From: an uncultured Candidatus Saccharibacteria bacterium
Lineage (GTDB): Bacteria > Patescibacteriota > Minisyncoccia > JBAYJV01
Reading direction: 5' to 3'
Assembly: GCA_964577395.1 (NCBI GenBank)
Contig: CAZNYQ010000013.1
Location: 6,409-70,408, forward strand
DNA: 64,000 nt
Part shown: positions 29,378 through 37,946 of the stretch, one piece after another
Position numbering within the stretch: the first letter of the stretch is position 1
Layout of the letters: each line of letters begins with the position of its first letter
Position numbers and translations under genes: made by a program
Notes under the pieces: model-generated
What the model was told of the DNA's origin: nothing
What the model saw: only the letters and a program-made list of their open reading frames with translations
Database searches by the model: none

Positions 29378-29644
29378 ATGTTAACTTCAAATAAAAAGAT
29401 CAAACTTATTGAGAAATTTCAAGATCATAAAAAAGATACTGGATCTTCTCAAGTTCAGGTGGCTCTTCTAACTGAGAAAATTAAAGAGCTAACCCAACAT
29501 CTTAGGAAGCATCCTAAAGATAATCATTCTAGGAGAGGACTTTTAAAAATTGTAGCGAAGCGTAAAAAATTATTAGATTATCTTAAATATCATTCAGAGA
29601 AAGAGTATAAAAAAGTATCAGAAAACCTAGGTCTCAAAAAATAA
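29378..29644 (+). CDS. rpsO: 30S ribosomal protein S15 (start reassigned to ATG at 29378, 88 aa)
   Basis: DTGSSQVQVALLT..HL..HPKDNHSRRGLL. Confidence 0.95.
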   Translation: MLTSNKKIKLIEKFQDHKKDTGSSQVQVALLTEKIKELTQHLRKHPKDNHSRRGLLKIVAKRKKLLDYLKYHSEKEYKKVSENLGLKK

Positions 29645-29666
29645 TTTTTTAATATTTTTTTTAATA

Positions 29667-30206
29667 ATGATTGAACTCCCATTTACAAAGCGTTTACAGC
29701 ACCATGATCAAAGGGTGGCTGTTTTTATTGATGTTCAAAACATGTATCATTCAGCTAAACACCTCTTTAAAGCTCGGGTTAATTTTAAAGAAGTTTTAAA
29801 GGAAAGTGTTTCGGGAAGGCGTCTAGTCAGAGCAATTGGTTATGTGGTAAGAAGTGAAGGTGAGGAAGAAAAATCTTTTTTTGAAGCTCTTGTAAAACTT
29901 GGAATTGAATTAAAGTCTAAAGAACTCCAAGTTTTTTATGGAGGATTAAAAAAGGCTGACTGGGATGTTGGGATAGCCCTAGATGCAGCGAATTTAGCTG
30001 ACAGTGTTGATGTCATAGTTCTAGTTTCGGGAGACGGTGATTTTATTCCTTTGATTGAATATTTAGACAATCGCGGCAAGATTGTTGAAGTCGTAGCTTT
30101 TGCAAAAAGTGCTTCTAGTAAATTACAACAGAAAGCTCATAGTTTTGTAGATTTGGGAGCTGATTCTAGACGTTTTATCTTAAAAAGTAGATCTAATAGA
30201 CATTAA
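29667..30206 (+). CDS. NYN domain (LabA/DUF88, PIN-like) putative RNase
   Basis: VFIDVQNMY, KADWDVGIALD, LVSGDGDF. Confidence 0.9.
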   Translation: MIELPFTKRLQHHDQRVAVFIDVQNMYHSAKHLFKARVNFKEVLKESVSGRRLVRAIGYVVRSEGEEEKSFFEALVKLGIELKSKELQVFYGGLKKADWDVGIALDAANLADSVDVIVLVSGDGDFIPLIEYLDNRGKIVEVVAFAKSASSKLQQKAHSFVDLGADSRRFILKSRSNRH

Positions 30207-30237
30207 AAGTATACATTAATTTATTTGTTATTTTTAA

Positions 30238-30300
30238 GAAGGTTGGTCTGTAAATAAATAGATTAGTCCTTACTAGTCTAAAATTTGCAGGCGATCCTTC
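30238..30300 (+). promoter_or_regulatory. long imperfect hairpin in pnp leader (putative RNase III site)
   Basis: GAAGG/CCTTC, GTCTGTAAAT/ATTTGCAGGC and TAGATTAGT/ACTAGTCTA stacked around a CCTT loop. Confidence 0.7.
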
Positions 30301-30313
30301 AAAATTTATTTAT

Positions 30314-32512
30314 ATGGAAACAAAAAAATTCGAGAGCAAGTTAGGAGATAAAAAAATTATTATTGAACAAGGACTTGTTCCTCAGGCTGACGCAGCCTTA
30401 AAAATTACTTATGGAGAAACAGTGGTCTTAGTTACTGCTGTTATGGATAATAATGTTAGAGAAGGAGCTGACTTTCTTCCTTTGAGTGTAGAGTACAGAG
30501 AAAAATATTATGCAGCAGGTAGAATAAAAGGTTCCCGTTTTATTAAAAGAGAAGGACGTCCTAGTGATGAAGCTACTTTAACAGGTAGAGTTATTGATAG
30601 AATTATTCGCCCACGCTTTAATCAAAAGTTGCGTAATGAAATTCAAGTAGTTGCAACCGTTTTGTCTTTTGACGGAATTAATGATCCCGATGTTCCTGCT
30701 GTTATTGGCGCTTCTTTAGCCTTAAGCACCTCAAGAATTCCCTGGAATGGTCCTATGGCTGCTGTTAGGATAGCCAAAGATTTTCAGGGCAATTTTTTAA
30801 TTAACCCTGCTTATGAGCAAAAAGAAGCAAGTACATTAGATATTATTCTTGCTAGTGATGGAGAGCTAGTGAATATGATAGAGCTTGGTTCTCCGGGTGC
30901 TGAACATAAAGAGATTATGGAAGCTATTCATATTGGAAGGCAGGTTATTCAAGATAATATTAAATTTCAAAAGGATATCATTGAAAAGTTGAAAACTAAA
31001 AAAACTGAGGTCGATATTTTCAAACTTGAGGATACGATAACTAAAAAAGCCCATGAATATCTAGACAAAGAATTATCTAGCGTTTTAATAGATCATCAAG
31101 ATAAGATTAGATTTAAAGAAGACTTGAACAAAGTCCATGAAGGATACTTCGATATTTTTTCTCACGCATTAGAAAAAACTAACGAACCCTTTAGATTAAA
31201 GGATGCTTTAGAAATTTTCTTTGAAGACAAGGTTGATTATTTAGTACATGAAAATATTCTTAACAAAGGTAAGAGGCCCGACAATAGGAAGATGGATGAA
31301 GTTCGAAAGTTAGATTGTCAGGTAGGTCTTTTGCCACGACCTCATGGTTCAGGATTATTTGCCAGAGGTCTAACACATGTTCTATCCGTTGTAACTTTAG
31401 CAGGACCTGGTGAAGAACAATTGCTTGATGAAATGGAAAAAACGGGCAATAAAAGATTTATGCATCACTATAATTTTCCTCCTTACAGCGTAGGAGAGAC
31501 AGGATATTTTCGTGGTCCGGGAAGAAGGGAGATAGGCCATGGAGCGTTGGCAGAAAAAGCTTTGAGTCCTATGATCCCAGATAGTGAAAAATTTCCTTAT
31601 ACTATTAGGATTGTAAGTGAAGTTCTATCTTCTAATGGTTCTTCTTCAATGGCATCGGTTTGCGGTTCTACGCTAGCTTTACTTGATGCAGGTGTACCTA
31701 TCAAAAATTTGGTTTCAGGTATTGCAATGGGGCTAGTAAGTAACGAAAAGAAATACAAAATTCTTACAGACATTCAAGGGCCAGAAGATCATTATGGAGA
31801 TATGGATTTAAAGGTTGCAGGAACCGAGCAAAAAGTGACAGCCATGCAAATGGATGTTAAAATAGAGGGGGTAACCGAAGAAATCTTAGAAAAAGCTCTT
31901 GAACAAGCTCAAAAAGCTAGAAAAGAAATTCTAGTTGCTATGAAAAGGATTATTAGCGAGCCCCGCAAGAATCTTTCTCCCTATGCGCCAATTATAGAAA
32001 GCTTAATAGTGAAAAAAGATCAAATAGGAGGTATTATAGGTGGAGGAGGAAAGACTATTAATGGTATAATAGAAAAAACAAACACTTTAATTGATATTAA
32101 AGATGATGGTCATGTATATATTAGCGGAGAGAAAAAGGAAGATGTCCAAAGGGCCCTAAGAATTATTAATGATTTAGTGAAGGAATTTAAAGCAGAGGAA
32201 ATTGTAACAGGAGAAGTAAGTCGTATTTTAGATTTCGGAGCTTTTGTTAAGCTAACTGAGAATCATGAAGGATTAATTCATATATCTAAATTAGCTCCTC
32301 AGCATGTTAATAAAGTAACTGACATAGTTAAGGAGGGCGATAAAGTAAAAGTAAAAGTTATCAACATTGATGATTTAGGTAGAATTAATTTAAAATTATT
32401 AGAGAATCATATTCAGCCCATAAAACAAGAAAAAACTTCTCGTCAGAATGATAAAAATCATTTCGCAAGAAAAAGTTATTATTACAAGGATAAATCTAAA
32501 AAGAAATTTTAA
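30314..32512 (+). CDS. pnp: polyribonucleotide nucleotidyltransferase (PNPase)
   Basis: Two RNase PH domains (RREIGHGALAE, SNGSSSMASVC, DMDLKVAG) plus KH and S1 domains. Confidence 0.97.
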   Translation: METKKFESKLGDKKIIIEQGLVPQADAALKITYGETVVLVTAVMDNNVREGADFLPLSVEYREKYYAAGRIKGSRFIKREGRPSDEATLTGRVIDRIIRPRFNQKLRNEIQVVATVLSFDGINDPDVPAVIGASLALSTSRIPWNGPMAAVRIAKDFQGNFLINPAYEQKEASTLDIILASDGELVNMIELGSPGAEHKEIMEAIHIGRQVIQDNIKFQKDIIEKLKTKKTEVDIFKLEDTITKKAHEYLDKELSSVLIDHQDKIRFKEDLNKVHEGYFDIFSHALEKTNEPFRLKDALEIFFEDKVDYLVHENILNKGKRPDNRKMDEVRKLDCQVGLLPRPHGSGLFARGLTHVLSVVTLAGPGEEQLLDEMEKTGNKRFMHHYNFPPYSVGETGYFRGPGRREIGHGALAEKALSPMIPDSEKFPYTIRIVSEVLSSNGSSSMASVCGSTLALLDAGVPIKNLVSGIAMGLVSNEKKYKILTDIQGPEDHYGDMDLKVAGTEQKVTAMQMDVKIEGVTEEILEKALEQAQKARKEILVAMKRIISEPRKNLSPYAPIIESLIVKKDQIGGIIGGGGKTINGIIEKTNTLIDIKDDGHVYISGEKKEDVQRALRIINDLVKEFKAEEIVTGEVSRILDFGAFVKLTENHEGLIHISKLAPQHVNKVTDIVKEGDKVKVKVINIDDLGRINLKLLENHIQPIKQEKTSRQNDKNHFARKSYYYKDKSKKKF

Positions 32513-32534
32513 AAGTATTTAATTTATATTTAAC

Positions 32535-34694
32535 ATGGAGGGAAAATCCTCAGCAGATAATAATAAAAAATTACCTAGCTTGTCCCCACAAGACGTTAAG
32601 CAAGCTGCTAATGATGTTCAAAAATCTTTGGAAGAAGGAATGATTATGACATCTTCCGATAGCTCAGCTACACGTCAGGGTATTCCTAATAATCCTGCGA
32701 ACTCTGATTCAAAAGGTCGCATAGAAAGTTTTACTAAGAATCAAAAAGACGAGAAAAAAATAACACAAAGTAATAAAAAAGATCTAGTACAAGAAGATCA
32801 AAGAATAAAAGAAAATGAAGTTCTAAAAGACAAGCAGAATAAAAAATTACAACAGGAAAGTTTAATATCTAGAGAAAAAGCAACTGATGATATTGTAAAG
32901 AAAAACATAGATGGTGATTACCATATTAGGACAATGCAGCATGATATTGATGAGTCAAAAGGCAAAGAGGTGTCAGTGGTTAATATTAGTAGGCAGAGCA
33001 TTGAAGAGCACGGTCAAATAAAGGATAGCTTAAACCAAGCTGATTTTGAACAACAAGGAACAGCAGGTAACGAAATGGACAGAAAGGAAAACTTATCTCA
33101 AGAGGGAAAGATTGGTGATGTGGGGAGGAAGAAAACCCACAAAAAGCAAAATTCTTTCCTTGATAACATAAAAAATATTATTAATAAGAGCCATCGAAGC
33201 TCACGAAAAATGACAAGAAGAAAGTTTAATTTTATTATAGCTTTCTTCATTTTTATTTTTATAGTTGGTATAGGGTATTATTTATACTCAAGTGGATCCC
33301 TATCCTCCCTTTCTGGCATAGGGAAATCTTTTAAAAGTTTAATTGGCTGGAGAGATGAAGATCAACAGGGTACGATAGAAGTCGCAACTAGCTCTGTGGA
33401 TACCACAGACGCTACTACTACATCTGATTATTCTGATTTACCAGTGACTCCGACTAGTACCGCTAGTACGAGCACAACAGTTTCGATAGATGAAAGTAAG
33501 GTTGTTTTAACACCAGCTTTCTTTAAACCTGACCAAACTAAAATTTTAGCTTTAAATAACTTAAATAATCTTTTTGAGGTACTCCAAGAAGAATCTTTAG
33601 TTGATATTGAAGATAATACTTTCAAGAGAATAGGAGTTATAGCACAAGATAATTTAGGAAGTTTCAGCCTTGCGAAAGCATGGGAGATACTTAAATCTCT
33701 AGCTCAAGGAGAAAACAATCATTATACAGAACTTATTAGTGGCGAGATAATTGATAATTGGGGGCTAGCTATGCCTGGTAATGTATATCGACAAATTTCA
33801 GAAAAATATAATCTTTTCTTATTTGGACAACCAATTCATAGTGGCAGTAGAGCCGTATTAATTTTTAAAATTAAAGATACGATAGAGTTGCAAGAGAGAA
33901 TATCATTATGGGAAATTACTATGTTATCTGATCTAAAAAAGTTGTTTTTAGGAAATGAATATGGAGAAGCTGCAACAGAATTATTTCAAGATAATATTTA
34001 TAAAGATGTTCATATACGTTATCTTAATTTGCCTCAATCTAATATCGCTCTTGATTACGCAATAATTCCTGATTTTAATTATTTTATCTTATCAACTTCA
34101 CGTGAGTCTACTTGGAGAACAATTGATAAAATTATCGAGGCTGAGGGACCCGTTGAAAAGCAAAACCAAAAAGCTCAAGAAAAAGGAGAATTATATTTAA
34201 ATGAAGATATTGGATTTCAATTATATTATCCAGAGGAAAAAATCATTACAGAAGAAAGGAATCAAGAAGAAGGAGTCTTGTTCTCATTATTAGATAGTCA
34301 ATGTGATGTAACAAATGATCCAGAATGCCCTATATTTATGTGGATTACATCAATCTATTCAGCGCAGGAACATAATAATCTAACAGAAATTACTTTAAAA
34401 GAGCTTATTAAAGAAGAATTTGGGTTAGAGGAATTTCGAGAGTTTAATGTGGACTTTGAGCAAAGTGCTCAAACAAATTACGTTGATGTAATTGAAGATT
34501 TTATTATAAATGATGATATAACAGGTTATTTTTTACATAATTGGGTTCAATCAATAGGAGAATGTCATTATTTTGCTAAAAGTGGGAGCAGAACTTTAGA
34601 TATTATACGCTCAGGGCCAGATTTAGATAAAAGTAATTGTAAGAATGATGAATTATTTAATCAAATTCTAGAAACAGTAAAATTCAACGATTAA
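32535..34694 (+). CDS. single-pass membrane protein with long disordered N-terminus, Thr/Ser-rich linker and extracellular domains
   Basis: 719-aa ORF; TM near aa 232-251; C-terminal Y.NEDIGFQLYYP...ILETVKF pattern resembling PsbP-like domains. Confidence 0.75.
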   Translation: MEGKSSADNNKKLPSLSPQDVKQAANDVQKSLEEGMIMTSSDSSATRQGIPNNPANSDSKGRIESFTKNQKDEKKITQSNKKDLVQEDQRIKENEVLKDKQNKKLQQESLISREKATDDIVKKNIDGDYHIRTMQHDIDESKGKEVSVVNISRQSIEEHGQIKDSLNQADFEQQGTAGNEMDRKENLSQEGKIGDVGRKKTHKKQNSFLDNIKNIINKSHRSSRKMTRRKFNFIIAFFIFIFIVGIGYYLYSSGSLSSLSGIGKSFKSLIGWRDEDQQGTIEVATSSVDTTDATTTSDYSDLPVTPTSTASTSTTVSIDESKVVLTPAFFKPDQTKILALNNLNNLFEVLQEESLVDIEDNTFKRIGVIAQDNLGSFSLAKAWEILKSLAQGENNHYTELISGEIIDNWGLAMPGNVYRQISEKYNLFLFGQPIHSGSRAVLIFKIKDTIELQERISLWEITMLSDLKKLFLGNEYGEAATELFQDNIYKDVHIRYLNLPQSNIALDYAIIPDFNYFILSTSRESTWRTIDKIIEAEGPVEKQNQKAQEKGELYLNEDIGFQLYYPEEKIITEERNQEEGVLFSLLDSQCDVTNDPECPIFMWITSIYSAQEHNNLTEITLKELIKEEFGLEEFREFNVDFEQSAQTNYVDVIEDFIINDDITGYFLHNWVQSIGECHYFAKSGSRTLDIIRSGPDLDKSNCKNDELFNQILETVKFND

Positions 34695-34728
34695 TTTATA
34701 GTTAATTTTTAACTATAAAATTTTTTTC
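34695..34728 (+). terminator. terminator-like hairpin
   Basis: TTTATAGTTAA-TTT-TTAACTATAAA followed by a T-tract. Confidence 0.55.
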
Positions 34729-34736
34729 TTAAAAAC

Positions 34737-34745
34737 TTATCCACA
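34737..34745 (+). promoter_or_regulatory. DnaA box
   Basis: Perfect TTATCCACA in an intergenic region. Confidence 0.6.
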
Positions 34746-34887
34746 GTTTTTATAAAAAAATCCAATAGAGTTTAGTAATTTTTAAGCTCTTTTTTTAATA
34801 TAAATTACTACAAACCTTTATTATAAAGTATTTCTACGAAAAATATATATAATTATATATTTTATTCAAAATTTATTTGTCTGAATC

Positions 34888-34916
34888 TTGCAAGCTAAAA
34901 AATAGCATGATATAAT
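34888..34916 (+). promoter_or_regulatory. extended -10 sigma70 promoter of orphan RNA
   Basis: TTGCAA-N17-TATAAT with TGn extension. Confidence 0.7.
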
Positions 34917-34920
34917 AATA

Positions 34921-35135
34921 TTGCTGGTGAAAATTTAACTGTTATAAGTACCTTTATACAATATAAACCGGTAAAAATTAAACTGAGATTAAGGTTAGTA
35001 AGTTCTTTAGGCCTTAAATTAAACTTTCCCTGCTCTTGGTTTAATTAAGAATAAGCAGTGCTCTTTTCGAGGGTACTGCCTAAGAGGGCGACCCCAAAAA
35101 GTCTTAACAACATTGGGGCATCCGCCCTCTTTTTT
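34921..35135 (+). ncRNA. unassigned structured non-coding RNA candidate (~215 nt)
   Basis: Four successive stems with G-U pairs, own promoter, GC-rich terminal hairpin with U-tract, no substantial ORF seen. Confidence 0.6.
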
Positions 35136-35150
35136 ATATTGAATAATAAC

Positions 35151-35179
35151 TTGTTTTTTATAAAAAAAAAGATTAAAAT
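35151..35179 (+). promoter_or_regulatory. putative promoter of dksA/traR-like gene
   Basis: TTGTTT-N17-TAAAAT; the same TTGTTT -35 variant precedes rpsO. Confidence 0.45.
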
Positions 35180-35229
35180 TAAAGTAAGATTAAATATTTT
35201 CAATTTTTTAATTAAAAAATATATTTATT

Positions 35230-35733
35230 ATGCCTAAAAGAATAATTAAGAAAATAGAAGCAATAACTGCCAAAAAGGGCAAAAAGGATAAGAATAAAAA
35301 CAGTAAGAGAAAAAAAAATGGGAAAAAGAAGGGAATAAAGATTCAAGCAAGACTTGGCAATATTAAAAAACAAGCTTATTTAATAAAGCAAGAGCGTCTG
35401 CTTAAAAAAAGAAAGAAGAATGCAGAGAAACAATTAAGTAATTTTGCTCGAGAGAGAAAATCAGTAAAAGGCGATTATAAATCACGTTTTCCTATATTTG
35501 GGCGAGGAAAAGATGAAGATGCTCAAGAGGTTACCCACTATGAATCTCGCTTGATTAGAGAACATCAACTGGAGATGGAGATAGAAAAAATTCAGAAAGC
35601 TTTAGATAGAATAAAAAATAACAAATATGGTATTTGTGAGAGTTGTGGTAGGGAAATTAGCAGAAAAAGATTAAAAATTTATCCTGAAGCAACTTATTGC
35701 ATGAAGTGCAAAAATAAACTAGGAAAACAATAA
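35230..35733 (+). CDS. DksA/TraR C4-type zinc finger protein
   Basis: IQKALDRIKNNKYGICESCG.EIS.KRLKIYPEATYCMKC. Confidence 0.9.
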   Translation: MPKRIIKKIEAITAKKGKKDKNKNSKRKKNGKKKGIKIQARLGNIKKQAYLIKQERLLKKRKKNAEKQLSNFARERKSVKGDYKSRFPIFGRGKDEDAQEVTHYESRLIREHQLEMEIEKIQKALDRIKNNKYGICESCGREISRKRLKIYPEATYCMKCKNKLGKQ

Positions 35734-35759
35734 ACATGGAACAATGCAGTATAAATTAT

Positions 35760-35792
35760 AAACCTTAGCAGCTAAAAGCAGCTAAGGTTTTT
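35760..35792 (+). terminator. intrinsic terminator
   Basis: AAACCTTAGC..GCTAAGGTTTTT. Confidence 0.75.
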
Positions 35793-35804
35793 GATTAAAC
35801 TAAT

Positions 35805-36809
35805 ATGATTATCCAAGATCCTCTTGATAAAGCTATCGTTACTACATTAAATTATGCTGATTTTAAATTATGGCCATTGACTGCCTGGGAAGTTTTTTGT
35901 TATTTAATAAATCCGGCACGTACTAGTAAAGTAAAGCTTACTTGTATTAATTTTTATCAGGTTAAAAAGAGATTAAAAAAATTAGATGAAAAGGGAATTG
36001 TATCTGCCTTTCAAGGCTTTTATGCTCTTCATAATACTTCATCAGTTATTTTATTAAAAAAAAGAGTAACAAGACGTAAACAAAAAGACAAGTTAACTGA
36101 CATGAAAATAAAAAAAGCTAAAAAAAGGACTTATTGGCTGAGATTTTTTCCGTTTATTAGGGGAATTTTTCTAAGCGGTTCTTTGGTTTTTGGATGGGCT
36201 AATCAAAAAAGCGATATTGATCTTCTTATTATTGTTAAAAGAAAACGTCTTTGGACGACTCGTTTTTTATTGAGCATCATCTTAATCTTCTTGGGATTAA
36301 AGCGTTCTCAATATAAGGTTAAAGATCGTTTATGTCTTAATCATTTTATTACCGATGATCATTGCAAGATTCCTCTTTATAGTATTTATAATGGTAATAC
36401 ATATGCTAGAATTGTACCTTTAATTATATATCGTAAAACTTTAGAAATTTTTCTACGAAGCAATCAATGGATCAAAAAATACCTTTTCTTTGGATTTAGC
36501 CATTATTATAGAGACTTGAGAAGTAAGAATTTTTTTTATTATCATATTATTTTACAAAGATTTTTCGAAGCGATTTTTGAATTATTAGGTGGATTTATGG
36601 TAGAAAAATTGCTTAAGATTTTACAAATAAGGAGAATAAAAAAAGATCCCCTAACATATAAGAGGGGAGGGAGGGTTGTGGCTAACAATATGCAAATTGA
36701 ATTCCATCCTGACTCACCAGAACTAAAAACGATTCATTTTTATAATAAGAATTTAGCTAGGCTAAATTTGTTTTCCTTTAAAAGAGAACAAAACTCGGGG
36801 CTCTCTTGA
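35805..36809 (+). CDS. nucleotidyltransferase-domain protein (pol-beta superfamily) with N-terminal wHTH-like region
   Basis: LSGSL..SDIDLLI motif; RLWTTR; LCLNHF. Confidence 0.75.
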   Translation: MIIQDPLDKAIVTTLNYADFKLWPLTAWEVFCYLINPARTSKVKLTCINFYQVKKRLKKLDEKGIVSAFQGFYALHNTSSVILLKKRVTRRKQKDKLTDMKIKKAKKRTYWLRFFPFIRGIFLSGSLVFGWANQKSDIDLLIIVKRKRLWTTRFLLSIILIFLGLKRSQYKVKDRLCLNHFITDDHCKIPLYSIYNGNTYARIVPLIIYRKTLEIFLRSNQWIKKYLFFGFSHYYRDLRSKNFFYYHIILQRFFEAIFELLGGFMVEKLLKILQIRRIKKDPLTYKRGGRVVANNMQIEFHPDSPELKTIHFYNKNLARLNLFSFKREQNSGLS

Positions 36810-37946
36810 GGTATTCTTGCGATAAATTTTTTCAACAGCACGAACAATTTTTATCCACGAATATTCATTAGTAACTTTTTGTTTTAGTAAAGTTACTTTT
36901 TTTTGCAGCTTTTTGTGAGGTAGATTTAGGATAGAACTAAGTTGGTGAGATAAGTCATTTAAACTTTTATTTTTAAATGTAAAGGTATTTTTACCAACAA
37001 TTTCAAGATTAGCAGGAATATTACTAACTAAAGTTGGGACTTCATAATTGAGTGCTTCTAGTAAAGCAAAAGATAAACCTTCCGAACTCGAAGGTTGAAC
37101 AAATAGATAGGCATTTCTGAAAAGAAGCTCTAAAGCTCTACCGTTTTGTTGACCGGTGAATATAATATTTTTATCATTTTTAGCAAGTTTTTTTAATTCT
37201 TTTTTATAATTATCGGTAAAAGCACTATCTCCAACAATGACTAATTTCCTTTGTTTTCTAATTGATTGACTTAAGCTTTGGTGAGCTTGGATAAGCAGAT
37301 GAATATTTTTATGTCTTACAAGGCGAGATACTGTAATAATGTATTGTTTGGGTTTTAGATTCCACCAACTAAGACTTTGTTTCTGAGCTTTTGATATATC
37401 AGTGTTTTTGTAAATTTCCACTCCATTTGGAATATAGTTAGCCGAATGATTATAAGTTTCTTTTACATATTTTTTTAATTGTTTTGAAACCACGATTAAA
37501 TCATGAGAAAAGAGAACAGAAAACTTTTCACCAAGTTTTAGAAATTTACGTGCTAACCAGGACCACTTTTGATGATAATAATCCTGACAATGGAATGTAG
37601 AGATAACTTTTATGCTTGGCTTTAAAAGACGAGGAAGCCAAGAAAAAAGAGCGGGACCAATACCATGATAATGAATGATGTCTAAATCCTTAATCAGAAG
37701 ACTGGCATGTAAAGTAGCCACAAAAGTGTGAAAAGCTGTCTCTAAATTTTTACTGTGGATTGTTGGTAAACTGATTAGCTTAACGCCTTTATATTCTTTT
37801 AAATTTTTATTAGTGTAATTAGCTCTTGTATACACAAAGACTTGGTGTTTTTGATTTACTAGGTTTAGAGCCAATGCTTCAACATGACGTTCAATACCGC
37901 CAGTCTTTGTTGGAATTCCTTTTTGTCCGATCATTGCTATTTTCAT
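36762..37946 (-). CDS. glycosyltransferase family 4
   Basis: MKIAMIGQKGIP..GGIERHV; PSSSEGLSFALLEA. Confidence 0.92.
   Translation of the reverse strand: MKIAMIGQKGIPTKTGGIERHVEALALNLVNQKHQVFVYTRANYTNKNLKEYKGVKLISLPTIHSKNLETAFHTFVATLHASLLIKDLDIIHYHGIGPALFSWLPRLLKPSIKVISTFHCQDYYHQKWSWLARKFLKLGEKFSVLFSHDLIVVSKQLKKYVKETYNHSANYIPNGVEIYKNTDISKAQKQSLSWWNLKPKQYIITVSRLVRHKNIHLLIQAHQSLSQSIRKQRKLVIVGDSAFTDNYKKELKKLAKNDKNIIFTGQQNGRALELLFRNAYLFVQPSSSEGLSFALLEALNYEVPTLVSNIPANLEIVGKNTFTFKNKSLNDLSHQLSSILNLPHKKLQKKVTLLKQKVTNEYSWIKIVRAVEKIYRKNTSREPRVLFSFKGKQI

Noticed and set aside
34695-34920. oriC candidate (AT-rich region with a DnaA box)
   Set aside because: Only one perfect box and no dnaA/dnaN nearby; the ATATATAATTATATAT palindrome at 34845-34860 is low complexity.
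34990-35040. RNase P-like GGGAAAG on the minus strand of the orphan RNA
   Set aside because: No complementary P4 partner or other conserved regions at a workable distance; promoter, terminator and G-U pairs favour the plus strand.
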